64,000 nucleotides of DNA from an uncultured Thermoleophilia bacterium (GTDB lineage Bacteria; Actinomycetota; Thermoleophilia; Gaiellales; Gaiellaceae), in NCBI GenBank assembly GCA_963840365.1, contig CAWIYQ010000002.1, positions 78,777 to 142,776 on the forward strand, read 5' to 3'. Shown in pieces: positions 1-8,253 of the stretch. The translations under genes were made by a program, and so were the position numbers. Under the pieces are notes generated by a model. The model did no database searches. It worked only from the letters and a program-made list of their open reading frames with translations, and was not told the DNA's origin. Numbering within the stretch: the stretch's first letter is position 1; every line of letters starts with the position of its first letter.

Positions 1-577
<577 letters not shown>

Positions 578-587
578 AGGAGGAGCC

Positions 588-1439
588 ATGGCCGGACCGC
601 GTTTCTCGGTCTCCGAGTTCACCACCATGCCGCTGTCGTTCGACGAGGACGTGGCGGCCTACACCGCCGGTGGGGCGGAGGGCATCGGCCTCGCAGAGGC
701 GAAGCTGCCGCAGGGTCAGGATGCGGCATCGCTTTCGACCCTGCGTGCCGCCGGCCTGAAGACGGTGATCTGCCTGCCCGAGTGCCTCTCGGTCCTGCCG
801 TTGCCTCCGTTCCCCGGGCCGGAGGAGCCCGAGGAGCGAGTCGCGTCGATCTGCGCCTCGGTGCGCCGGTTCGCCCGGTTCGAGCCCGTGGCCATGCTGT
901 GCCTGACGGGGCCGGTCGGCGACCGCGACCCGGACGCGGCGCGTGCAATCGCCGCCGAGGGTCTGCGCGAGATCGCCTCGGCGGGAGCGCAGGCCGGCGT
1001 CCGCGTCGCGCTCGAGCCGATCCACGCCTCGGCCCGCGACGACTTCACGATGGTCGACACGATCCCGGGTGCGGTCGAGTTCCTCGAATGGGCCGGAGCC
1101 GACATGGGGATCATGTTCGACACCTGGCATCTCTGGGACACGCCGAACGTCCTCGACGAGATCCGCACGCACGCCGGCCGCTTCGCCGGCGTCCACGTGA
1201 ACGACTGGCGCGATCCGACCCGCGGCTGGGACGACCGTGCCCTGCCGGGCGAGGGCGTCATGGACCTGCCCGCGATCTTCGGGGCGCTGGAGGCCGGCGG
1301 GTACGACGGCTGGTACGAGCTCGAGATCTTCTCGTCGGAGACGTATCCCGACTCGCTGCTGCAGCTCGACCCGGCCGAGCTCGTCCGGCGGGGCCACGCC
1401 GGCTTCCTGCGCGCCTGGGAGGCGCGGCACGGGGCCTGA
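588..1439 (+). CDS. Sugar phosphate isomerase/epimerase (xylose isomerase-like TIM barrel)
   Basis: 283-aa ORF with AP-endonuclease-2/xylose-isomerase-like pattern (VALEPIH..., FDTWHLW, GVHVNDW, YDGWYELEIFS). AGGAGG-like RBS ~7 nt upstream. Confidence 0.8.
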   Translation: MAGPRFSVSEFTTMPLSFDEDVAAYTAGGAEGIGLAEAKLPQGQDAASLSTLRAAGLKTVICLPECLSVLPLPPFPGPEEPEERVASICASVRRFARFEPVAMLCLTGPVGDRDPDAARAIAAEGLREIASAGAQAGVRVALEPIHASARDDFTMVDTIPGAVEFLEWAGADMGIMFDTWHLWDTPNVLDEIRTHAGRFAGVHVNDWRDPTRGWDDRALPGEGVMDLPAIFGALEAGGYDGWYELEIFSSETYPDSLLQLDPAELVRRGHAGFLRAWEARHGA

Positions 1440-1712
1440 GTGAGGCAAGACCGCGAAATCCCACCCATGCCGTAAGGCTCTCGTAAATTGTACGAGGGCT
1501 TCGGCGTGGGACGGGGTACAACGGATCTCGGCGGCGGGGCCGGCCCTGGGGAGGGGGTCCCAGGCTAGGGTCGACCCCACCGCCAAACTCGAGAGCCGCG
1601 AGAAAGAGAGTCGGGGCGCGGCCCCGGAAGTCTCCCTCCCCCCAGGCCGGGCGCCCCGACCGAGGGAATATCGGCCGCCCGGCGGTGCCGCTTGAGCGCC
1701 CGGACGGGTGAG

Positions 1713-2603
1713 TCAGCCGACGCGGAGCGTCTGCAGGATCTCGGCTGCGATCTCGAGCGCGATCTCGGCCGGCGTCACGCCGCCGAGGTCGATCCCCACC
1801 GGGCCGTGCACCGAGTCGAGCAGCTCGCCGAGCTCGGCCCGACGCTTCTCGTGCGTCCGCCGCGAGCCGAGCGCGCCGACATAGAACGCGCCGCCCTCGA
1901 CGGCGGCGCGCAGGGCGGGGATGTCGAGCCGCTGCTCGTGCGTCAGCGAGACGACCGCCGTCTCCGGGTCGACCTCGAGCTCGTCGGGCCACGCGACGAC
2001 GATCTCGCCGGCACTGGGCACTCGCTCCGGCGTGGCCAGACCAGGGCGGGGGTCGACGACCACGGTGCGCCAGCCGACCGCGGCGCCGATCGCGCACAGC
2101 GCCTCGGCGATGTCGCCCGCGCCGACCACGAGGAGCCGGGTCGGCGGCGCGACCCGCTCGACGAACACGTCGCCGTCGAGGCCGGTCGCCGCCCGGGCGT
2201 CGTCGTGCCAGCGGCGCCCCGCGTCGGGCCCGCTCACCTGCACGTAGCTCGTGCCGCGCTCGATCGGCGGCGCGCCGGCGAACGGCTCGACGAACACGTC
2301 GATCTCGCCGCCGCACGACAGCCCCACCTTCCAGGCCTGCTCGTCCGTGATCCCGTAGGTGTGCACCTGCGGCGCGTCGCCCTCCAGCACCGCGCGGCAG
2401 TGCTGGGCGACGTCCGCCTCGACGCAGCCGCCGGACACCGAGCCGTAGAGGCGGCCCGAGCGCGTGACAGCGAGCTTCGAGCCGAGGGGCCTCGGAGCGC
2501 TGCGCCGCGACCCGACGACGGTGGCGAGTGCCACGTCCTCTCCCGCCGCGCGCCACTCCTCCGCCTTCGTGAGCACGTCTTCCATAGGCTGAATCGTACG
2601 CAT
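1713..2603 (-). CDS. XdhC/CoxI family accessory protein (molybdenum dehydrogenase maturation)
   Basis: ALATVVGSRRSAPRPLGSKLAV..., GSVSGGCVE and a Rossmann-like LLVVGAGDIAEAL are typical of XdhC_CoxI plus XdhC_C. The start may instead be the internal ATG at 2585 (MEDVLTKAEEW). Confidence 0.85.
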   Translation of the reverse strand: MRTIQPMEDVLTKAEEWRAAGEDVALATVVGSRRSAPRPLGSKLAVTRSGRLYGSVSGGCVEADVAQHCRAVLEGDAPQVHTYGITDEQAWKVGLSCGGEIDVFVEPFAGAPPIERGTSYVQVSGPDAGRRWHDDARAATGLDGDVFVERVAPPTRLLVVGAGDIAEALCAIGAAVGWRTVVVDPRPGLATPERVPSAGEIVVAWPDELEVDPETAVVSLTHEQRLDIPALRAAVEGGAFYVGALGSRRTHEKRRAELGELLDSVHGPVGIDLGGVTPAEIALEIAAEILQTLRVG

Positions 2604-2991
2604 GTCGGACGCCCTGGACGAACTCCTCGCGCGGATCGACGCCGGTGACCTCGGCGACCCGTTGCCGGTGCTCGCCTACGTGGCCGGCGAGGCGCTCGAC
2701 CTCGACGAGGCGGAGCTGAACGGTGCGCGCCGGCGCGCGCTGCTGCTCGTCGCCGCGGGCGGCGATCCGGATCGTGAGCTCGACGTCGACGATCGGGCTG
2801 TCAAGGCGATCGCCTCGGACCTCTACACCGACGAGCGGCGTGACCTGTACGCCCGCTCGCTCGACGCGGTCGTCGTGCGGGTGCGCGACCTGCCGCGCGC
2901 GCGGGAAGCGGCGCTGTTCCTGGCGGGCGACGTCGACCTGGCCTTTCGCCTCTACGCGCTCGGGCTGCTCGCCGAGGAGCTCGCCGGATGA
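2602..2991 (+). CDS. Hypothetical acidic protein (129 aa)
   Basis: Strong G/C third-position bias. Its stop overlaps the ybaK start (ATGA at 2988-2991). No motif recognised. Confidence 0.55.
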   Translation: MSDALDELLARIDAGDLGDPLPVLAYVAGEALDLDEAELNGARRRALLLVAAGGDPDRELDVDDRAVKAIASDLYTDERRDLYARSLDAVVVRVRDLPRAREAALFLAGDVDLAFRLYALGLLAEELAG

Positions 2992-3455
2992 CCCCGGCGG
3001 TCGAGGCGGCGAAGCGCGCAGGCATCCGGTTCGAGCTCCACGAGTACACGGGGGTCGCGGTGGAGGACGGCGACTATGCGGTTGCCGTCGCGGCCGCGCT
3101 CGATCGGCCGGCGGGGCAGCTCTTCAAGACGCTCGTCGCCTCGGTCGACGGCTCGCCGGCCGTGTTCGTCGTCCCGGCTGACCGGCAGCTCGACCTGCGC
3201 GCCGCCGGCAAGCGCACGACGCTGGCCGACCGGGCTGAGGCCGAGCGTGTGACGGGTTATGTCGTCGGCGGCATCAGCCCGCTCGGGCAGCGTCGGCGGC
3301 TGCCGACGACCGTCGATTCCTCGGCGCTCGAGTGGCCGACGGTCCTCGTCAGCGCGGGCCGTCGCGGCCTCCAGATCGAGCTCGCTCCGGACGATCTCGT
3401 GGCGCTCACGGCCGCGGCCGTGAAGCCGGTCGCGAGAGTCCACTCGTCCGAGTGA
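2988..3455 (+). CDS. ybaK: Cys-tRNA(Pro)/Cys-tRNA(Cys) deacylase, YbaK/EbsC family
   Basis: 155 aa. FKTLV, VVPADRQLDL and GYVVGGISPLGQRRRLPT are hallmark YbaK editing-domain motifs. Confidence 0.85.
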   Translation: MTPAVEAAKRAGIRFELHEYTGVAVEDGDYAVAVAAALDRPAGQLFKTLVASVDGSPAVFVVPADRQLDLRAAGKRTTLADRAEAERVTGYVVGGISPLGQRRRLPTTVDSSALEWPTVLVSAGRRGLQIELAPDDLVALTAAAVKPVARVHSSE

Positions 3456-3482
3456 TCGCCTCCACTCGTCCGAGTGATCGGC
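3439..3482. repeat. 22-bp tandem duplication (2 copies, 21/22 identical), each carrying the near-palindrome CACTCG-TC-CGAGTG
   Basis: tccactcgtccgagtgatcgcc / tccactcgtccgagtgatcggc. Copy 1 contains the last 5 codons and the TGA stop of ybaK. Confidence 0.9.
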
Positions 3483-3513
3483 TCGCCGAGCGGGCGCGCC
3501 GATCTGTGGATCG

Positions 3514-4401
3514 ATGCGGCTCGTGTGCCTTCTGGCAATGGTCCTCGCTGCCGCCGGCGTGGCCGGCACGGCGCGCGCGTCTCAGCTCGTCGACCGGAAC
3601 GCGAAGGACGTGAGGCTCGCCGTCAACGCGAAGGGCGAGGCGCTGATCACCTATCGCGACGACGGTGTCCTGAAGCATGTGCTCGCGTGGGGAGGGGTCA
3701 ATGCGATCGCCCCGACGAAGGCCCGTAAGCAGGTCGAGTTGAACCTCGACTACGCGGGCGGCTGGGGCAAGTACCACACGACCTACTGGAAGACGTTCGG
3801 CTCGGCCTGCGGTGCATACGACGGGCCGGCGCTCGCCTGGGAGGTGACCGCCTGCACGGCCCCCGACGGCTCGTACTGGGCGCTTCAGGCGTGGCAGCGC
3901 GAGCTCCCGAACTACGGTCATGCCCCGGCGGCAGCACAGGCGGTGTGGGAGCTCCGGATCTCGCACTGGACGGGCGACCTGCCGGTGCTGACGATCTCGA
4001 CCGACTGGGCCTGGCACCAGTGGGATCACCTGTACGGCACCTTCACCTACCTCGGCTCGCCGGTCTACGGCTTCTCTGCGACGCGGGCCGGCAACCCGCT
4101 CGACTCGTTCGGCCGCAACATCTACGTCGACACGTATGACTCGGCGTACGGCACGGGCTGGAAGCGCGAGAACAGCTTCCTGACGCACGTCGGCGACGGG
4201 GTCTTCTGTTACAGCTTCAACCCGCACGGCTCGAATCCGGCCGGCAAGGGGACGAAGTACCGCGCGACAGTCGAGGGGCCGGGCGTCACGCCCGACGTGA
4301 TGTGGGAGGGCACCTCGCCCGGCACGTACGACAAGACGCTCGACCTGCAGGCGAACGACGCGATCACCGCGCTCGGCGACAAGCAGTGCCGGGCGAACTG
4401 A
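3514..4401 (+). CDS. Secreted protein of unknown function (Trp/Tyr-rich)
   Basis: Signal peptide MRLVCLLAMVLAAAGVAGTARA. The mature part has many W/Y and four Cys. No family recognised. Confidence 0.7.
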   Translation: MRLVCLLAMVLAAAGVAGTARASQLVDRNAKDVRLAVNAKGEALITYRDDGVLKHVLAWGGVNAIAPTKARKQVELNLDYAGGWGKYHTTYWKTFGSACGAYDGPALAWEVTACTAPDGSYWALQAWQRELPNYGHAPAAAQAVWELRISHWTGDLPVLTISTDWAWHQWDHLYGTFTYLGSPVYGFSATRAGNPLDSFGRNIYVDTYDSAYGTGWKRENSFLTHVGDGVFCYSFNPHGSNPAGKGTKYRATVEGPGVTPDVMWEGTSPGTYDKTLDLQANDAITALGDKQCRAN

Positions 4402-4430
4402 CCCGGTAGCCATCGTCTAGTCTCGCCCCC

Positions 4431-4901
4431 GTGATCGAGCAGGGGGCAGACCAGCGCTCGCTCTTCCGCCGCTGGCCTGCCGGCGTGTCGGTCGTCGTCG
4501 CGGAGGCCGACGGGCGGCGCCACGGCCTCACCGTCTCCTCGCTCCTCTCGCTCTCGCTCGAGCCGCCGCTCGTCGGCATCTCGATCGCCAAGCAGGCGTC
4601 GCTGCACGAGCTGCTGCGCAGCGCGGGGGAGTGGGCCGCATCGTTTCTCTCGGGCGACCAGGAGGAGCTCGCGAAGCACTTCGCGCGCAGCGTGCCGCCG
4701 ATCGCTCTCTGGGAAGGCATCGACCTGCGCGGCGACGACCCGCGCCTGCTGGTCGGTGCGACCGGCTGGCTCATCGCCCGCACCGTCGACGAGCTCGGGA
4801 CAGGCGACCACACGTTCTTCGTCGGCGAGATCGTCTCGATCGAGGAGGGCACGGCCGCCACCTCGCTCTCGTACGTTCACCGCGAGTACCGCGCGCTGTG
4901 A
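4431..4901 (+). CDS. Flavin reductase family protein (FMN-binding split barrel)
   Basis: FRRWPAGVSVV, GLTVSSLLSLSLEPPLVGISI and DHTFFVGEIV fit the HpaC/NtaB-type flavin reductase pattern. GTG start. Confidence 0.85.
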   Translation: MIEQGADQRSLFRRWPAGVSVVVAEADGRRHGLTVSSLLSLSLEPPLVGISIAKQASLHELLRSAGEWAASFLSGDQEELAKHFARSVPPIALWEGIDLRGDDPRLLVGATGWLIARTVDELGTGDHTFFVGEIVSIEEGTAATSLSYVHREYRAL

Positions 4902-5542
4902 CCGAGGCGGTCGTCTTCGACCTCGACGGCGTGATCGTCGACTCCGAGCAGGTGTGGGACGACGTGCGCGAGCGCTACACGAAGGAGGTCGGCGGCACGT
5001 ACACGCCGTCGGCGGCCCGCGACATGATGGGGATGAGCTCGCACGAGTGGTCGCGCTACATGGCCGACCGGCTCGGCGTGCCCGGCACGCCGGAGGAGAT
5101 CAACGCCGAGATCGTCCGGCGCATGCTCGCCCGCTACGGCGAGGCGCCGCCGCTGATCCCGGGAGCGGTGGAGGCGGTGCGTCGCATCGCGGGTCGGTGG
5201 CCGCTCGCCATCGCGTCGTCCTCGAACCCGGAGCTGATCGACGTGGTCGTCGCCGCGGCCGGGCTCGACGACGTCTTCCCCGTGCGGGTCAGCTCACAGG
5301 AGGTCGCCGCCGGGAAGCCGGCGCCGGATGTGTACGTCGAGGCAGCGCGCCGGCTCGGGGTCGAGCCGACGCGCTGCGGGGCCGTCGAGGACTCGCACAA
5401 CGGCATCCGCTCGGCGAAGGCCGCCGGGATGTTCGTCGTCGCCGTGCCGAACCCGCACTACCCGCCCGACGCCGAGGCGACCGCCCTCGCGGACGTCGTC
5501 GTCGACTCGATCGCCGATCTCGAGCCCGGCCTGTTTCGCTAG
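4898..5542 (+). CDS. HAD-superfamily hydrolase (beta-phosphoglucomutase-like, subfamily IA)
   Basis: VVFDLDGVIVDSE (motif I), AIASSS (motif II), GKPAPDVY and EDSHNGIRSAKAAGM (motifs III/IV). GTG start overlaps the upstream stop (GTGA). Confidence 0.85.
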   Translation: MTEAVVFDLDGVIVDSEQVWDDVRERYTKEVGGTYTPSAARDMMGMSSHEWSRYMADRLGVPGTPEEINAEIVRRMLARYGEAPPLIPGAVEAVRRIAGRWPLAIASSSNPELIDVVVAAAGLDDVFPVRVSSQEVAAGKPAPDVYVEAARRLGVEPTRCGAVEDSHNGIRSAKAAGMFVVAVPNPHYPPDAEATALADVVVDSIADLEPGLFR

Positions 5543-5784
5543 CGGGACTCCGGGCGTCGCAGGCGCTTCCGCGCCGCAGCGATCTGGTCGACGTAATCCT
5601 TTGAGAACGCCGTGCCGTCGTCCGCGCTTTCTAGGAGGGCGAGGAGGTTGTCCAGCGCGGTGCGCTCGGCCTCATCTTCCAATGCCATCTCGTTCGACTC
5701 CGACCAGCGATGGAGGCAATCGGCTAGGACGAGTGCCTCGTCCCGCGTGAGCGTGATCGTCCACTCCGTCGCCACGCCAAACAT
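5539..5784 (-). CDS. Hypothetical small acidic protein (81 aa)
   Basis: Only sizeable ORF here. Acidic, helical-looking sequence with a basic tail (KRLRRPESR). Its stop shares CTAG with the HAD stop. Confidence 0.5.
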   Translation of the reverse strand: MFGVATEWTITLTRDEALVLADCLHRWSESNEMALEDEAERTALDNLLALLESADDGTAFSKDYVDQIAAARKRLRRPESR

Positions 5785-5840
5785 TCTGCCGTCTCCGTCA
5801 GGGGCCGTTGCGGAACGCCCGCGCAGCCGAGCGCCATTAG

Positions 5841-5963
5841 CTACGGACGGGGCGGGCGCCTTCGTCGGCCGCCGCGGGGTAAGACGTATAGGGCGACGAG
5901 GGCGACGACAATTACTGCCGCTGCGACGGCGACAACCGCGACAGTCGAGGCGGCCACGATCAC
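5841..5963 (-). CDS. Candidate micro-ORF: 38-40 aa single-pass hydrophobic peptide with an Arg-rich tail
   Basis: AGGAGG (5965-5970, minus strand) then GTG ATC GTG. Translates to (MI)VAASTVAVVAVAAAVIVVALVALYVLPRGGRRRRPPRP*. Below the length cut-off of the supplied ORF track. Confidence 0.3.
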   Translation of the reverse strand: MIVAASTVAVVAVAAAVIVVALVALYVLPRGGRRRRPPRP

Positions 5964-6073
5964 GCCTCCTATGCTATCCCGGAGGCCTGAACGGAAACTA
6001 GGCCACGAAACGATCGAGGCTGCGCTCGGGCGTCATCGAGGAACACTCGGGCACGCGAGGTACTGACGCCTGA

Positions 6074-6101
6074 ACCTGGTTCGGCCATGGCCGAACCAGG
6101 T
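6074..6101. repeat. Perfect 28-bp palindrome AACCTGGTTCGGCC|ATGGCCGAACCAGGT-type
   Basis: Read directly: acctggttcggccatggccgaaccaggt is its own reverse complement. It shares its arm sequence with the hairpin at 6140-6166. Confidence 0.9.
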
Positions 6102-6139
6102 CACGAGTCTCGAACCGCCGCCGACCTGCCGAGAATCGC

Positions 6140-6166
6140 AACCTGGTTCGACAAGCGAACCAGGTT
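6140..6166. repeat. Inverted repeat aacctggttcg-acaag-cgaaccaggtt (11-bp arms, 5-nt spacer)
   Basis: Read directly. Same arm sequence as the palindrome at 6074-6101. Confidence 0.9.
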
Positions 6167-6278
6167 CGGGGGTCATTACCGAATACTCGCGCAGCCGAGC
6201 GCTTCGTCACCGAGGAGGCCGGGGTCCTCAGGCCCTGCGACGGCTGCGACGCGTGCCGCTTCCGGACGAGGCGGCCGT

Positions 6279-6611
6279 CTACCGGCCGGCCGACGAGCCG
6301 GCAGTGCGCAAGATCGTGTACTTCGAGCCATGGATGGCAACAAATACCGGGATCCCTTTGCGCCCGTTCGACGGCACCACGATGCACTTGTACGAGGCGC
6401 CTGTCACCGAATGATCCAGGTTGCAGCGCACCGCCCTCACGGCTTCAGTCCCAACGTAGCCGTTCGTATCTGCCTTGATCTTGTTCTGTAAGCCCGTTCG
6501 ATCAAGGCTGCCGCAGGCGGCAAGGAGAAAAGCGGTCGGTACGAGTAGCAGGGCCTGTCTTGAGATTCGGGGCACGACACGAAACGTCGCTTCCCGACAG
6601 TCGCCGTTCAT
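6279..6611 (-). CDS. Small lipoprotein, DUF4333-like
   Basis: Lipobox LLAAC|GS. The mature part has the two-Cys pattern (VRCNLD...YKCIV) seen in actinobacterial DUF4333 lipoproteins. The start is uncertain and may be downstream of 6611. Confidence 0.6.
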   Translation of the reverse strand: MNGDCREATFRVVPRISRQALLLVPTAFLLAACGSLDRTGLQNKIKADTNGYVGTEAVRAVRCNLDHSVTGASYKCIVVPSNGRKGIPVFVAIHGSKYTILRTAGSSAGR

Positions 6612-6853
6612 CGGCGCAGGGACGTATCACGATCCGTAGGAGTCCGCAGTGGCGGCTGCCGCCCGCGTTCGGCTGTTGGCGATCGCGATCACAAGGACTT
6701 TTCCGCTTACGCATCCTGAGCCAGGTGCAGATGCAGCCTCACGTCTTCAGGGGACGTGAGCCCGCGTCGTTCGACAGCGTCGGCACTCGTGAATCGAGGA
6801 GACTTGACAGTCGCCTCGATAGGGGTAGAAGTTTGGCGTCGAGGAGGCGCGAG

Positions 6854-7201
6854 ATGCATTCATGCGTTGGATGCGGTTGCGCAGTCGAGGATGAGTTCCG
6901 GTACTGCCCGTGCTGCGGCGAGCCGCTTCGATCGAAGATCGTCGAGTACTTCCGGGGCGAGCGCGAGCTCGGGGACGGAGGTTTGCGCGTCTCCGTCTAC
7001 CTCAGGGAGCCACAGCATGTTCGGCTCAGCATCTGGCGAGGCTCGGAGGCGCGGGCGGCACTCTCGCTCGACCCATCCGAGGCCGATCGGCTCGTGCGGT
7101 TCCTGCAGAGTGTTCGCCGCACGCGCCTGCGCGACTTCGAGACCGACGTTCGCCGGAGCGTCCGCGCACTCGCCGCGTCGATGTCGCGGCTACGCGGCTG
7201 A
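6854..7201 (+). CDS. Zinc-ribbon domain protein (115 aa)
   Basis: MHSCVGCGCAVEDEFRYCPCCGEPL gives CxxC...CPxCG. GAGGAGG RBS at 6841-6847. The longer 6560 start in the track is rejected. Confidence 0.6.
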   Translation: MHSCVGCGCAVEDEFRYCPCCGEPLRSKIVEYFRGERELGDGGLRVSVYLREPQHVRLSIWRGSEARAALSLDPSEADRLVRFLQSVRRTRLRDFETDVRRSVRALAASMSRLRG

Positions 7202-7558
7202 CCGGCGCGGGGCGTGCGAGGACGAGTAGACGTCCTTGCGCGCGATCTTGCCGTCGACGATCGGGAAGACGTCGATCCCGTCCCACTCGAGGCGCTCGCC
7301 GTCCTTCGTCGCGCTCGCCGTCCACTCGCTGACGGCGAAGTCGTCGCCGACGCGCAGCGAGCGCCCCTCGAACCTGAGATCGGGCCAGCCGGAGAAGATC
7401 CGCCCGATGTGCTCGCGCACCGCCGCGGCACCGTCGACGCGCTCGCCCGCCGTGTGGTTGTGAAAGACGATGTCGTTGGCGTGCATCGCCGCGACGGCGT
7501 CGAGATCCTGGCGGTTCCATGCGTCGTTGTAGGCGTCGATCAGCTCGCGGATCGTCAT
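7190..7558 (-). CDS. SnoaL-like / NTF2-fold protein
   Basis: IDAYNDAWNRQDLDAVAAMHANDIVFHNH... is typical of SnoaL_2-like proteins. ATGA overlap with the upstream MBL gene. Confidence 0.8.
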   Translation of the reverse strand: MTIRELIDAYNDAWNRQDLDAVAAMHANDIVFHNHTAGERVDGAAAVREHIGRIFSGWPDLRFEGRSLRVGDDFAVSEWTASATKDGERLEWDGIDVFPIVDGKIARKDVYSSSHAPRRSAA

Positions 7559-8253
7559 GGAAGATCCAGTGTCTCACCGTCGGCCGGCGCGCGCACGGCC
7601 GTAATGCCCGTGTAGGCGGTGCGCGGCTCCAGGCAGTGGTTGATCGCCTCGAGGTGAACGACGACGATCGACGCGTCGGTCGCCTCGCGAACGCGGCGCA
7701 CGTCGTCGGCGGTCATCACGATCGGGTCGCCGACGATGAAACGCGCGCCGCCGCCGTTGACGACGACCGCCCGAGGCTTGTGGTCGGCGAGCGCCGAGGC
7801 GACCTCGTCGCACCAGATCGTGTCGCCGGCGACGTACACGCCGTCGATCACCCAGCCCGACACGGGGCCCATCTCCTCGCCGATCTCGCCCGTGCCGTGG
7901 CGGCCGCGCGTCATCGCGATTTCCTCGTGCTCGGTACGGACGTCGGTGAAGCCGAGCCCGCGCAGCTCGTCGGCGCTCTCGGGCTGCGTGAGGATCGGCA
8001 GGTCGCGCGGGAGCAGTGCAGCCGCCGCCTCGTCGAAGTGATCCTCGTGCAGATGCGTGACGATGCAGAGGTCGACGCCGGCGACGACCTGCTCCGCGGG
8101 CAGAGGGAGCTCGACGAGCGGGTTGGGGACCTGGTTCGGCGTGTCCTCGATCGGCGGCGCAGTGCCGGCGGCGCCGAGCATCGGGTCGACCAGCACCCGG
8201 CCGTGGCTCGTCTCGAGCAGGAGCGTCGCGTGGCGGACGAGCGTCAGCTTCAC
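7555..8253 (-). CDS. MBL-fold metallo-hydrolase
   Basis: CIVTHLHEDHFD (HxHxDH motif). GTG start at 8253 overlaps the fabF stop (GTGA). The N-terminal extension of track ORF 7555..9534 is rejected. Confidence 0.8.
   Translation of the reverse strand: MKLTLVRHATLLLETSHGRVLVDPMLGAAGTAPPIEDTPNQVPNPLVELPLPAEQVVAGVDLCIVTHLHEDHFDEAAAALLPRDLPILTQPESADELRGLGFTDVRTEHEEIAMTRGRHGTGEIGEEMGPVSGWVIDGVYVAGDTIWCDEVASALADHKPRAVVVNGGGARFIVGDPIVMTADDVRRVREATDASIVVVHLEAINHCLEPRTAYTGITAVRAPADGETLDLP

Noticed and set aside
3439-3482. CRISPR array (also considered for the 15-bp repeat at 55766-55810 and the palindromes at 6074-6166).
   Set aside because: There are only two adjacent copies with no spacers, the sizes are wrong, and no cas genes are present.
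5998-6491. Track ORFs 5998..6387 (-) and 6087..6491 (+) covering the palindrome region.
   Set aside because: No motifs and poor composition. They overlap each other and the lipoprotein gene. Their openness is better explained by chance, and the palindromes argue for non-coding DNA.
6804-6831. Sigma-70-like promoter for the zinc-ribbon gene (perfect TTGACA at 6804-6809, TAGAAG 16 nt later).
   Set aside because: The -10 candidate lacks the conserved final T and the spacing is off by one. It is plausible but too weak to list as a feature.
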